From NCBI RefSeq assembly GCF_036588685.1, contig NC_086378.1, forward strand, positions 15,438,001-15,502,000: a DNA stretch of 64,000 nt, read 5' to 3'. A model generated the notes under the pieces. That model was not told where the DNA came from. It did no database searches and saw only the letters and a program-made list of their open reading frames with translations. Below are positions 24,806 to 38,100 of the stretch, piece by piece. Source of the DNA: Mytilus trossulus. Lineage: Eukaryota. Made by a program: the position numbers and the translations under genes. Position 1 is the first letter of the stretch. The number at the start of each line of letters is the position of its first letter.

Positions 24806-26205
24806 TTTGCTATATACATGTAGCCCTGGAATATCTATTTTATCACTCGGTGCATACTTAGGCAAATCATTGAGCTACATTTATAAAATCCAGTCTTCCG
24901 TGGTCGTTCTAATTTGCTCTTGGAGTATATCCTACTTATTTTTATATTATTATATATTTTTAAATGATTTCTTTGTTTTCTGTTTTTCAATGAAATTAAT
25001 GTTGTTAGTAAGGATGGAGTTGCAGGGAATACAAAGAAACCAATATTAGTAAAGATGTCAATTCGGTGAAGATTTGCTAATCGAGTACTCGTTGGATTTA
25101 CTGATTTTTACTAGTGCAAATATGAGTGTTGATAGTGCTTAAATAATTTAAGTACATGTACTTATTTGACAAGCATTCTTCTCGAAATCGAATTTCATCT
25201 CTTTGTAACAAGCAGGGCTACGGGCATACGGAATGACGAATCTCCCTAAAATTTGACAAAGATGATTGTTTGCTGTCGTGGAAACGTACAATGGAAACCA
25301 AAATGCTTGTAGTAACTTACGTACGTTACCAGAATAAATATATAAGGCTTCAATATAATTTAGTTTTTTCCAAGTATTTTTTTACAATAACTTAAAAAGT
25401 AAAATCACAAAAATACTGAACTAATTTTAATAAGTTACAAAATGCCCTCTCTTTCGGTACGAGAATTATTCAGAAATCAAAGTTCGGTTGAAGTAGATGT
25501 TGTAAAACATCAGCACAGATATTGATGAAGGTAAGGTTTGTAAGAATTAACTAACTACAAAATTTAACATACCAAGCAGAAGTATACATTTTTGTATTAT
25601 AGGGGTATGTTGACTAACACAGTGCAGGTCGTAAGTATGCTTATAAATAAAACTATTGTACGTTTTAAATCGATCACTGTGTATTCTAGATAATAAATAC
25701 ATTATATTCCGTCATTCTATTTTTAGATTTGAAAATGGTAAAATGTATTCTCACTTTTCCGACATCTCATAAAATGTAAGTAAAAGTTAAAAAAAATCTA
25801 TTAGGTTTCCACCTAATTTGTAATATATGTAATATGACCCTTTTAAAAGAAATATTTGAATGACATGCAAAACGAAACAATAGAGATATTATTTTCTGTT
25901 TTGATATTTGAGGAATTTGTATTTAATTTATTGGGGTATTTTATAAACTTCACTCTAAGGTAAGGTCCGTCATTCTTTTTTTATAACTTTTATTGTGTCA
26001 CTGGTATAAACTTATAAAGGAAAAAAGGGGGTATTCGTCAATGAGATAACAATTTATAGACACAAAAGAACAGAAAGACCAGGAGAGGGCATCGATATTG
26101 AGCTGAGAATAATCCTCGTATGTTAGTGTATTTGTAATTTCGTGGATTTATCCTATTTCTACATCAAATGTATAACGATATCGGTGAACTATATTTTGAT
26201 AAGAT

Positions 26206-26366
26206 CAGTGGCGGATCCAGAGGGGGGGGGGGGGGTTCCGGGGGTGCGCACCCCCCTTTATTTTTGCCGATCAATGCATTTGTATCGGGACATATGTTTT
26301 GCACCCCCACCCCCCCTTTGCCCTGGGTTAGCACCCCCCTTTCGAAAATTCCTGCATCCGCCCCTG
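26206..26366. mobile_element. 161-bp MITE
   Basis: TIRs CAGTGGCGGAT / ATCCGCCCCTG are flanked by the direct repeat AAGAT. A decayed relative lies at ~59767-59890. Confidence 0.7.
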
Positions 26367-28119
26367 AAGATTGATACAATTTATACATATTATATTATCA
26401 AACAACTAGACGAGTGAAAAAAGGTAAAATGAGCGATATATGTAAATCAATTCGGGAAATCATTATTATAGCTTATAAGCATACTATATAGATTACAATG
26501 ACGTGCTTGTCATCGCGACTACCGATTGATCTGTATGTCGTATATAGAATGTTGTCCCTCCTTGTCATCTGTGCAATTCAGTAATACAATTCCTTTATGA
26601 ACTTTTCTTTTAAATCGATTAGTAACGAGTTTATCTTAAGGTACTATTTTGTTCCATGTAAAATCAAAAAAGTTTTAATTGATTATTATTTTTTCAAATC
26701 ATTGTTTTATCAGGGAGATAACTCGTCTAGAAAATGTATTTCATAAATGTTTTTACAATAAAACCTATTGTGTATTGAATCAAAAAGACCAATGCATGAC
26801 TTTCTATTTTTTAAAAGTACTAAAACATACCCTATCATATATTTTATTTAGTACGGTATCGTTCAGTATTCTTTTTTTTATCATAACACATATTGTGTTC
26901 TGTCCATTTACAATCTTGACTCATTCTGTTTATTTGTTTTTCACAAACTTAAAATAAGCAAAACAAAATATTTGCCACCTATATTTTGTATTAGCAATTT
27001 GGCACAGTAAAGAAATTTGGCAAATTATGTTAACCTTTAGAAATTGTCTCTTTTTATCGAAACCAAATCTCCCTTAACCACTATGTTTATTTATTTGTCA
27101 GTAGATCTAGATCGTAAATCATAATAAATTAACCTTTTGTTGTGACAATATCAATATTCCTTTTAACAAGCTAGCCAATAGTTTTAGATCAGGTGTGACT
27201 CTAACTAATTTTAAAACTATGAATATTTTTGAAGAGTATACTTTAACATTTCATGTGGTTTATCATAACAACCCTGCATACAGAGGTACATCTGTAAAGC
27301 AAAATTATATCCGGGTGTAATTTGATCCGGAGGGGAAAATGTAACATTAGTTGTTTTTTTTTATCCGGAGAAAAATATTTCCCTGGAATATTTTTTCCTT
27401 TGCTGTGAAATTCTATCTGGGTAGTCTACTTTTTGAATAGTTATTAGAAAGGACTTATCCTTTACAAATACTATGAAATAATAATAGTGTATTTGAATTA
27501 AAGCGAATTTGTTAAAAAAGATGCATTATAAGGGGAAATAATTCCACAAATTATCATTGAAAAAAATTCCTGAAATATTCAAGCATATATCATTCTTTTT
27601 AAAAAGAAAATTATCATGAAACTTACCATGTGAAATACCATGTATAGAAAAAAAATACTATGACAAATTATCCCAGGATAAAATATCACAGAGGAAGAAA
27701 TAAACCGGTATATATCCACTTCAAGGACTAATTACTAGGCCATGGGTTTCTTTCGTTTGTAATTTATGAATATTTGTGTTTCAACGAATCTAATTTAACA
27801 TTTAACTGGATATTGGTTAACAAATGACAATTATGATAAATATACGGGCTTTATTCGGTTCAGTGGTTTTGACTTTGATTCAAAAAGTATAAAAAGCAAT
27901 TTCTTCATTTTTTAAGAAGATAATAGTTCTAATTTTCACGTAGTTTTTTACTACTATTCACACACATGGAACATTTTAACGGAGCATATTGTGTTTGATT
28001 AACTGTTCAAAAGAGTAAAACATGATGACATTATAAACTGATGTACTTTAAACACTGTCACATCACATCTAAAACAAATTATCAAAGATACCAGGCTTCT
28101 CAAACTTAGCTGTCAGTAA

Positions 28120-28620
28120 CTGTCAGTACTCTTAAATCTGTTACGTCTTTTTTGTTGTAGCAATGTATAAATACCCTGTCGCGTATTTAAACCTTTTTGT
28201 TTGCTTTGTGTCGATCTCATGGGTTCATCCCTTCTCAACTGATCTTCATTATTTGTTAATATATATTGTACTGTTACATCACTGTCCTAGGTTGGGCGTC
28301 TCCTTACATGCTAGGCCCTGCCAGATTTTGTTTGTCTATGCCTGTCAGGATCCTGTCATTCAGTTGCTGTCGGTACTCTTAAATCTGTTACGTCTTTTTG
28401 TTGTAGGAATGTATAAATACCCTGTCGCGTATTTAAACCTTTTTGTTTGCTTTGTGTCGATCTCATGGGTTCATCCCTTCTCAACTGATCTTCATTATTT
28501 GTTAATATATATTGTACTGTTACACCACTGTCCTAGGTTGGGCGTCCCCTTACATGCTAGGCCCTGCCAGATTTTGTTTGTGTATGCCTGTCAGGATCCT
28601 GTCATTCAGTTGCTGTCGTT
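28120..28620 (+). repeat. Near-perfect 246-bp tandem duplication
   Basis: The sequence from 28163 repeats at 28409, and the translated ORF is duplicated almost exactly. Confidence 0.85.
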
Positions 28621-29160
28621 TGTAAATGTAATGGAATTTGATGCGACTGTTACACAAGTGGGATGTTTAGAGCTATAAAACCACGAAAAATCCACCATTT
28701 TTAACATTTGAAAATGTCTGTACCAAGTAAAGAATACTATGTAAGACAATTGATGTCCATTTGGTTCATTTGTTTTATCATTTGATTTTGCCGTTATTAT
28801 GCCATATTTTTATTGGCTAATACAATGTACGAGAGTGGTAATTTACTCTATCACATGGCTGAGCGGGTGACATTTTTTTTGGAATGATAATGAATTGAAT
28901 TTACATCAAGTTATTAAAGACAATGTTAAAGTTCTACGTTTCGGTTCAGATTTTATTATTAGTGTGTTAAAATAAAAAATAAATAAAACATCCTCTCAGC
29001 TATGTGTTATTTATATATATATAAAGTCTTTTTTCAGATTTGAGACATAAAAGACACAGAGCAATACAAGCTATGCTAGTTACTGTTATCAATCTACATT
29101 AGAACATACAATTGAGTCAAATGGACATTCCGAAACGTAAAAGTGATAAAAGAACATAAA

Positions 29161-32100
29161 ATGGATTATTTCCATGTTAAACTTTGTTTATTTACTTTTT
29201 TCACTTGGAAGTCAATATATGGTGAGTTTTTCAATAATTTAAGTAGTCTTATGAAGAGGGGCGAAAGATACCAGAGGGACAGTCAAACTCGTAGATCGAA
29301 AATAGACTGACAACGCCATGGCTAACAAATAAAAAGACAAACAGACAAATAGTAGTACACAACACACACTATAGAAAACTGAAGACTAAACAACAGGAAC
29401 CTTACAAAAATATTGAAGGTGATCTCAGGTGCTCCGAAAGGGTAAACATATCCTGCTCCACATGTGGTACCCGTCGTGTTGCTCATGTTATTACAAAGCC
29501 GGTAAATAGTCTAATTTGGTTGGTCATATTCGTGAAACATTCGTTAGGTCATATTCGTAAAACCAGCCCCCATTATCGACTTGCGCATGTAGATAATTGG
29601 GGCTGGTTTAAATTAACCTGTGATTTTAGGAAACACCTTATTTGCTTAACTAATAGATTGATTTCTAATTGATTGCCTTTAGAGGGGCATATTTTTAGCA
29701 TTTCCGGAGCAAGAACAACTCAAAAGTACCTCCGATACGTAGGCGCTGCAGACTAGGTCATTCGAAAGTAAGGCTTAAAAATTTGAATGCCACCTTGCAA
29801 CAAGTTACCAAAGAACCCAAAATATTAGTTGAATAGATTCGTTAAGGGACGACATCAAAAGATCAATGTAAGATAAAAAAAAATTAATTCAAATAGTTTG
29901 GGGGTTGTGGGGGTTGAACTGCTGCAATATTTGGTCATCCGACATTGGTTTTTACATATATCCATATGGGTCAATCAAATTTTCCATACAAGGTTAAGAG
30001 GGGGTCGGATGGGGGAAAGAGGGGTGGTCAGTGAAAAAAATGAGTGAATTAAGTTCTTTATCCTTCATTGAACTTTTGATGTCATCCCTAACCAAGAGAC
30101 GGTTCCATCCCAGACCAAGTCAAAGCAAGGACTCGAAAGCTACCAGTTTATAAAGTAGCTACATGTATGCATAATAAAATCATGTACTGCATCTCCACTA
30201 AGGCAATCGAATTTAGAAGTAAGAGCAAATACTCGTTGTTTTTGAATCCTAATGACATTACATTAAAGACTTGCACGTAATAAATTTGACTCAGTGTGCT
30301 GGTCGATTACAAATAAGGGTTCCTATTATACATCAATTGCATGTTTGTATCCTGACGTGGATGTTTAAACTTGTCACTTTATAATTAGCATCAGTTCATA
30401 ATTCATAATCATAACAACAACATACTTTTTTTCGTCACTGCACATCAATGTTTTCGCAAGATTGAAATATGCATCAAATATCTATTAAAATTAAGAATGG
30501 TCACGTGGAATGTGTCATAAACACAACAATCCGGCCAAATAGCAGCAAGCAGCATGCATGTATGGACAACAATGTTAGGTTGCTATCCAATATATTTATT
30601 TTTATGCTTTACCTTCAATGCATTTACGAACTAGAATTCTAAATTCCCTTCCCTGTTGTTACTACTAGAACTTTCTGTGGATACTGGAAATATAAAAAAG
30701 AAGATGTGGTTTGATTGCCAATCAGACAACTGTCCACAAGAGACCAAAATGACACAGACATTAAAACAACTATAGGCCACCGTACGGCCTTCAACAATGA
30801 GCAAAGCCCATACCGCATTGTTAGCTATAAAAGTCCCCGATAAGACAATGTAAACAATTCAAACGAGAAAACTAACGGCCGTAAAGTCTATAAACATATA
30901 GGCTCTCCAGTATTCCTCCCACCGACAATAATAATAAAGGAGAAAGGAAATGGTGAATGTGTCAAAGCGACAACAACCTGACATAAAGAACCCATGTCAT
31001 AGAAGGGCGTCGATTATAGCGCCGCGCTTGGTTATTAATATGCAGACATGTTCTGTTCGAATGAAACGTCACGGTTAAATCCGAACTCTAATTTAGGAAG
31101 AATGCTGCGCTCACTGCAAGTAAAAGCAAGCTAAGAATAACTCTTTGCAGACTCCGGGGGTGACCTGTTGCAATGTCAATTGTTTAACTATCCTCAACTA
31201 TGACTTAGGACAGACACCTACATAAATAATGTGCCGGGGTTAATCATGTTAGCGGGATCCCAACCCTCCCCTTACCTGGGACAGTGGTATAACAGTACAA
31301 CATAAGAACGAACTACATGTATGATTATAAAGTAATGATGATGACATCAATTCTGTCTTACATTTACTATTGTCAGAGAGTTTACCTGAGGTTCTTAATG
31401 ACTGTAACATATCTATACAATCTCCGGGTTTTCTCGATGTATTCAAGGCCGTTTCGTTGGTTTCATGAACAATATTACACAATGCCGTCACAAAAAAAGC
31501 AGACAGTTATTAAAAACAAGCTGAAAATATTTAAGCTATTGACTATGAATGTATCAAATGTATTTAAGCTAACAAACGACAACCACTGAAATACAGTCTC
31601 CTAACCTGAGACAGGCACATGTGCAACAAATTTTGTGGTATCAAACACCTTCAATAACATCAATTTTACTCGTTTAATGTTATAGAATTTTAACAAAATA
31701 TAAACTTTGACCCTTTGACAAAAATATAAACATTTCGAAAACCTTTTTACTTCACTAGAAAAATTTCATATTGCAGTTTACAAAGACTAGTTTCGTTCTT
31801 CTCCGAATATGTCAAATGTTTTATGAAGTTAACGCGTCGAATGACTTAATTTTACAATTCTTGAAATACCTGCCCACCCAGCCCGATTTGAAAAAAAAAA
31901 TAATAGTATTCAAACTTTTGTCTTCCAAGTGTTTAAGCGTTTTTTTTAAAGATAGGTTTTGTACCTTCTATTTGAGTAAATAACATATATATACTTGTAT
32001 TGTGACTGTCATCTGTTTTGGTGTATGCTGTGTAGACCTGTAAGTTTTGCGGATGCGGATCCAAACCTAAGTTTTTACATACTTTTCTTTTGTTTGAGTC

Positions 32101-35100
32101 AAAAGATTGCAGAGTAATTAAAAGATTCAGTTGATTTTTAAAGAGTAATATTATCCCTGTAGTGTTATGTATAATGTACCTCTTTAATTAGTATTACACG
32201 CCGTTATCCACTCTAATATCGGCTGCTGCAATACTTCTGAAACATTTCATACTACAATGTTCTAAATGGTATCAACAAAACACAACTAAAACCTTTAATA
32301 CGAAAACATGACATTTTCAAGTAAATTACAGTGATCTGTTTCTTGTTTAACTGTTATACTAGTCAACGTTAGGATAAGCAAAAGTATGGTTGACCTAGTT
32401 TAGACCGATTTAATTGGATTATACATAATTATAATGCATTTTGTTTGGGATCCAACGTCAGAATTGTCGTAACATGTTTAAATATTTGTTTTTAGGTTCT
32501 ATCTCAATTGTGGGATATGGATCGCTACAATTAAATTCGCCTTTCGTATTGGCATGTTACATACCCTCCTTTAATAACAGTGGAGCAACATGGAGTAATA
32601 CTAACTTGTCGTCAAATACATGTGACAGTAATGGTTTTTGTCAAAAACCTACTGTAGGCAACTCCAATTTTTCAGCAAATGAGTCTGGCATTTTTGTGGA
32701 AATAGACCCACTATTAGAGAAAGATGATAACATAAAATGGACGTGCTTTTATGATTCTAAAAACATTTCGTATACAGTTGAAATCGGTGAGTTTTAATTA
32801 AACGTATATATTATTAATTACATGTTTTGTTGAGTCCGTCCGACCGTTATTCAGTTCTTCAATCAATATATCCTATTTATTTTGTAAGCACTTTACATAC
32901 AGCCTACAGATATTAGCCAATTGTTATAAACTTTGTTGTCAAAGATTGTTACATGTAAGTGAAACCAAAATCTTGGACACGTCCACAAAATTCTTCGAAT
33001 AGTTTCATTTGACATTTATAAGATGTGCCTTAAAGTTGAAGGTTATCCAATGCTTTAGCGACATATCAGACGAAAATCTCAGAGGAGGTTTGTAGTTCGA
33101 AAAAAAACTCTTTCGATTTTATTTTCAATTGGAGCCATATGTTTTCTGGAAATGTCAACAATTTTGACATTTCTAATATTGACGGGAAAAGGGGATGGAC
33201 TATTCTACGGAAGCCCTGGAGTGCCATGCAAAAAAAAAAATTCAACTTGTGCGCACAAGTTACAAACTTGCGCGCATAAGTTACTATCTTGTGCGCACAA
33301 GTTACACAACTTGTGCGCACGAGTTACACAACTTGCGCGCACGAGTTACTATCTTGTGCGCACGAGTTACAAACTTGTGCGCACGAGTTACAAACTTGTG
33401 CGCACGAGTTACTATCTTGTGCGCACAAGTTACACAACTTGCGCGCACAAGTTACTATCTTGTGCGCACAAGTTACACAACTTGTGCGCACGAGTTATCA
33501 ACTTGTGCGCACGAGTTACTATCTTGTGCACACGAGTTATATAATATGTGCGCACGATTATTTGAGCCCTTATTGACATGCGCGTGATTTGTACATTGCG
33601 GATTTCTTGCTTTGATGAAGTTTATGAAGAAAGGTTAGTTTAATGATATTTAATCAATGTGACATAATGCATGGATGTTAAATGTCTGCATTTGTGAACA
33701 CAATCTATGTAGCCACCGTTAGAAGCCGCGGTCTGAGACTTATACTTTTCAACAACCATACTAATTCATGCTTTTTTCGTTATTGGAGATAAAAATGTTT
33801 TAAGAACGGTCAAATCATAAACCACAGACTTATTAACCCGAATAATCCAGTCGTTATATTACGATCACTACGACCACTCCATTACCTCTGAGCACAATGA
33901 TCATAAGGGTGCGTTGTTATTATTCGAGTTACAACCTTATTACAAATTCAACAATTATGGGCTTAAGCTGACAAAATAACATTTTCCAAGTATTTGGTCC
34001 AATCGTATTCTTGTCGATTTCACATTGACAAAAAAAAACTAATGCATTAGGGAAATAATGACCCGTGAAAAGTGAGCATAAACTGAATGTCCGAAACGTA
34101 TTTGGTATGTATAATACTTCTAAAATCATTTGAGGTTATGAGAGTTTACCTCTTGCTCTAACCTCAAAAATCATATTTAATCTATGCTTAAACTGTTAAA
34201 ACGGGTACATATAAAATAAGACTGGAAATCGAAACCGAAACAAACAAAACGCAACGAAACAAAAAGAAAGGGAAAATGAAGAAACGAAATACAACCGAAA
34301 TCAAAACTATAGATTAAAATGTTAACCCAATAGCACTTTAAGAATCCAACCCTTTAGTTTTATGCAATCATTCAATTGTGTGGTGTCCTTGATAGTTTTC
34401 ACTGTTACAACTACGTTAAAACAGTAGGCTGTATATTTAAGGAAATATCCCTATTATCTCTTATTTGATGGTCTCTAAATTGATGATTGCAAATGCATTT
34501 ACACTTTTCTACAAAACTGTGTGGATGTGCAGTACGTGTAACGTACAATATAACATTTGATATTCAAGAATACTTTTTACGGACTTTGTCTTTGATCCTA
34601 TCGACTATCCTTATATGGGTAAATTTGAAGCGTGAGAAAAAAGTTCATGTCTTTGAAGTTTTCTAAAATGTATTCAGCACCAGGTGTTGCACGAGCCTCA
34701 GCCGGGTATACATGTATATAAAAGAGATATTATTGTTCAAATGTAATAACTCAAAATAGAGCCCACTGAGAAGGAAAAGGTAATGTACGTACATTTTAGA
34801 ATTATTTGACGGTGTTTTACACATTTTGATGTTGCGTTATTTCCAGTTTCAGTAGCAAACAAGCTGATATTTGAATGGCTAAATAAATAGAAGATTTTAG
34901 TAGTCCGGGTCAATATATATAAATTAACCTAACATACTTTATAAGTATATTGTTCAAGAAAAGTATGATAAAATCATAATTCATAAAATATCGACAAATA
35001 ATAACAGTGCAAAACTTTACCTTTATATACCTTATATACTTATTTTATAAATGCATTTAATTTAAACCGATTATCCTAATTTTAACCAACTTGACTCTAA

Positions 35101-38100
35101 CTCTTAACTTAAAACAATTTTAGATCCCAAATATAGATTTTTTTATGTCCCATTTATGGACATTATGTTTTCTTGTCTCTGCGCCCGACTGTTCGTTCAT
35201 CTGTCTGTCCGTTCGTCCGTCTGTCCCGCTTCAGGTTAAAGTTTTTGGTCGAGGTAGTTTTTGATGAAGTTGAAGTCCAATCAACTTGAAACTTAGTAAA
35301 CATGTTCCCTATGATACGATCTTAATAATTTTAATTTTAATGCCAAATTAGAGATTTACCCCCATTTTCAGGGTCCACAGAACAAAGAAAATGATAGTGC
35401 GGATGGGACATCCGTGTACTGGGGACACATTCTTCTTTTCTATATAAAGAAAAATAATGGAATTGCGAACATAAGGTCCACATTGGTCAATTATCTATTG
35501 TCTATATAATTATATCTTAGGGAATACCCCGTTATTCTGATACCCCAGTAGTCTGACACCCAAATAGTTAGACACCTTATTGGCCCGACACCCCACAAGT
35601 CCGAAACCCCTTTATCACGAATGTGACCTACCGATTTCGACTATTTACCCCTATTTGTGGCATTTTTACTTTTGTGTCTGTTTGTTTTGTTTACGCCTCA
35701 TTATCAATATTATAATATTTGACTATTGATTATGTACCTAGCCTAGCTGCTTAATAGATCTAGGTAGCAGCTAGGCTAGATACACGTTCATCAGTCAAAA
35801 ATCTACGTAGCCCTATGTAGCTGTTACGATATTGCACGGCACGCAACCCCGTTAAAAACATGCGGCAGTTTAAAAGGAGTTTCGTTCGAACAAGTTAGTG
35901 TCTAGAAGCGATAATGAAACAATAAGCGACGACGAGCTTGAACACGGTTGTCGTCCCTTGATTTTCGTTATCCTCGAAAATATTTTCCTTGGTGTGGACA
36001 GTGTTACTTACCAATTTATTTCATACCCTTTCACAATTCATTTCTTCAGCCCTTCAACATACAATTGTCCATATTGTGAGTTAGATCTGATGAGGTTTTG
36101 GATAATTTTGATATAATTTGTCTAAATTTTCTAATTGTCTAAAAGAAATGCACCACGGAATAACTTCTGTTCTCGGGCCATATATAAGGTAGACCCTCTT
36201 GCAAAATGGATTACTGTTTTAAAATGTTTGGTTCTTTAATATTCTCTGCAAATGTGCAGGTTGATTTCGATTTAATATGCATTTCTTATGTTTCAAAACT
36301 GGTATCCGAAATATTTATTTTAAAATATTTATGAACAAAGAAATAGTAAATTACTAATTGATTATCGTTAGCTTTCACTTCTATAAAATTGGGTAAAACA
36401 GACTTCTTTGAGTTTCCTTTCCGAAGTAGGGAGCTTCATTGCTGACAGGTGAACAACAATACTTCAATTATAAATTTATTTTTTTATGTTATTTCAGATG
36501 TCTGAACCTGACCTTTATGACTTCATGAGAAGTCGCAATATTAAAGATGATATTATAAGAACATTGATAGAGGAAAAGGTAAACTTATTCATCAAAATTA
36601 TTTTTTATTTAGTCCCTACATTTTATGCCTGATGGACAGTTGTCTCATTGGAAATCATACAACATTTGCATCAATAGAGGGCATAACATCCTGATTTTAT
36701 GTTTGTTTAATCTTAATTTTAGAGACATTTCGCTTTTGTTATACATCGACATATTCTTTTTTAGTTCAGTTTTAAAAGTCCAACAACGACAAACATATTT
36801 GGGATACCTTGATTGTCTATGTCAATTTCTAACACAAGACGATTTTTGTCTCGCTTGTGTTGAAAGTCTATTATTCGAGACATCAGGACTACTAAACAGT
36901 GATGGTGTAAACTATTTTTATAAATCTTTTTTTTTCCCATGGTGCCTCACATTGTATGCAGGATGGTGAGATCGAATTACCGTCTGCTATATGTCCATTC
37001 ACGGTCCTTGATTTAATTTCATTGTTCATAGTTAAATGCTAAGTTTTTTTGGTGTTTTGGTCTGTTTATCATTTACTTAATCTTTAAGCTAGCAATAGGT
37101 GAGCTATACTTTTGATATATGGGATTATTGTATGATGTACCTGTTTGTCTGGAAGGTATCATCTTTCTCATTTTTATGGTTCATTGTTCAATGTTAAGTT
37201 TATGTGTTATGGTTTGTTTTTCAGTACTTTAAGGAGAAGTTCAACTATGAACATATCTGTCTGGCAGATATCAACATTGGCCTCATTTTCATGGTTCATT
37301 GGTCAATGTTAAATTATTGGTTTCGGTTTGTTTTTCAGTTACCAATTAAAGTAATAGGTGGGCTATATTTGGTGTATGGAATAGTTGTAGGGTGTACACT
37401 TGGCCTCATTGTCATGGATCTTTACAAATTACAAACGTAACGGTTAATGTAATACTTATTTAAGAAATTTGCACGAGAACTGTATGTTTTAAGGCAGTGT
37501 CTTTGCGTACCAGCATGCAGGTACTAATAGTCAGATTACCGTTCGTAGGCTAAACTGGATCCCTGTTGTGTTCACTTATCGCTACACTGACAACAGGTAT
37601 GGCCTAAATCCCGTGGTCACAATTCTGACCACGGGATTTGATAATTCGACGAGACTAGTGCATCATGTGCTATGTTTATTATGTGTTATATAGTCTTGGG
37701 TCCTGGCTAATCTTGTCAGTATACGACGCGCAGCTAGATTGGGCCGGATCCCAGGCAAGAAACAAGAAATTATCACATTTATAACCCTACTGAGATCTTA
37801 AGGGAATAAAAGATACCGGTTCAGTTTTTCAAGAACATGTTAACATGCTTGTTGGTCATTTATCTGCACCACCACCATGGGGATACCAGATACTTATTTA
37901 TTTTGCGGCATCACAGTAATAACATTTCACGGAGGTCAATTTCCTATCATTATAATTGGTCAATTTTATTAGCGAATCGATGAATTTTTAAAACTCGTCC
38001 AATTAATGCCAATGTGACAATGGCACACCAACCCGTTCCTTCGGTGCAAAGCTATAGATGGAACGGCGGACCAGTTTATTCGTAGGCTACGCGTACCCAC

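Noticed and set aside
26142-26417. Gly/Pro-rich ORFs
   Set aside because: They derive from G and C runs inside a 161-bp MITE.
28163-28678. 171-aa hydrophobic ORF
   Set aside because: It is produced by a 246-bp tandem duplication of repeat-derived sequence, with no recognisable domain or splice support.
33066-33587. Repetitive ORFs (CAHKL/LVRTSY), and a CRISPR-like look of the palindromic array
   Set aside because: These are translations of the subterminal repeat in several frames. There are no unique spacers or cas genes, and the context is eukaryotic. The same applies to 48492-48767.
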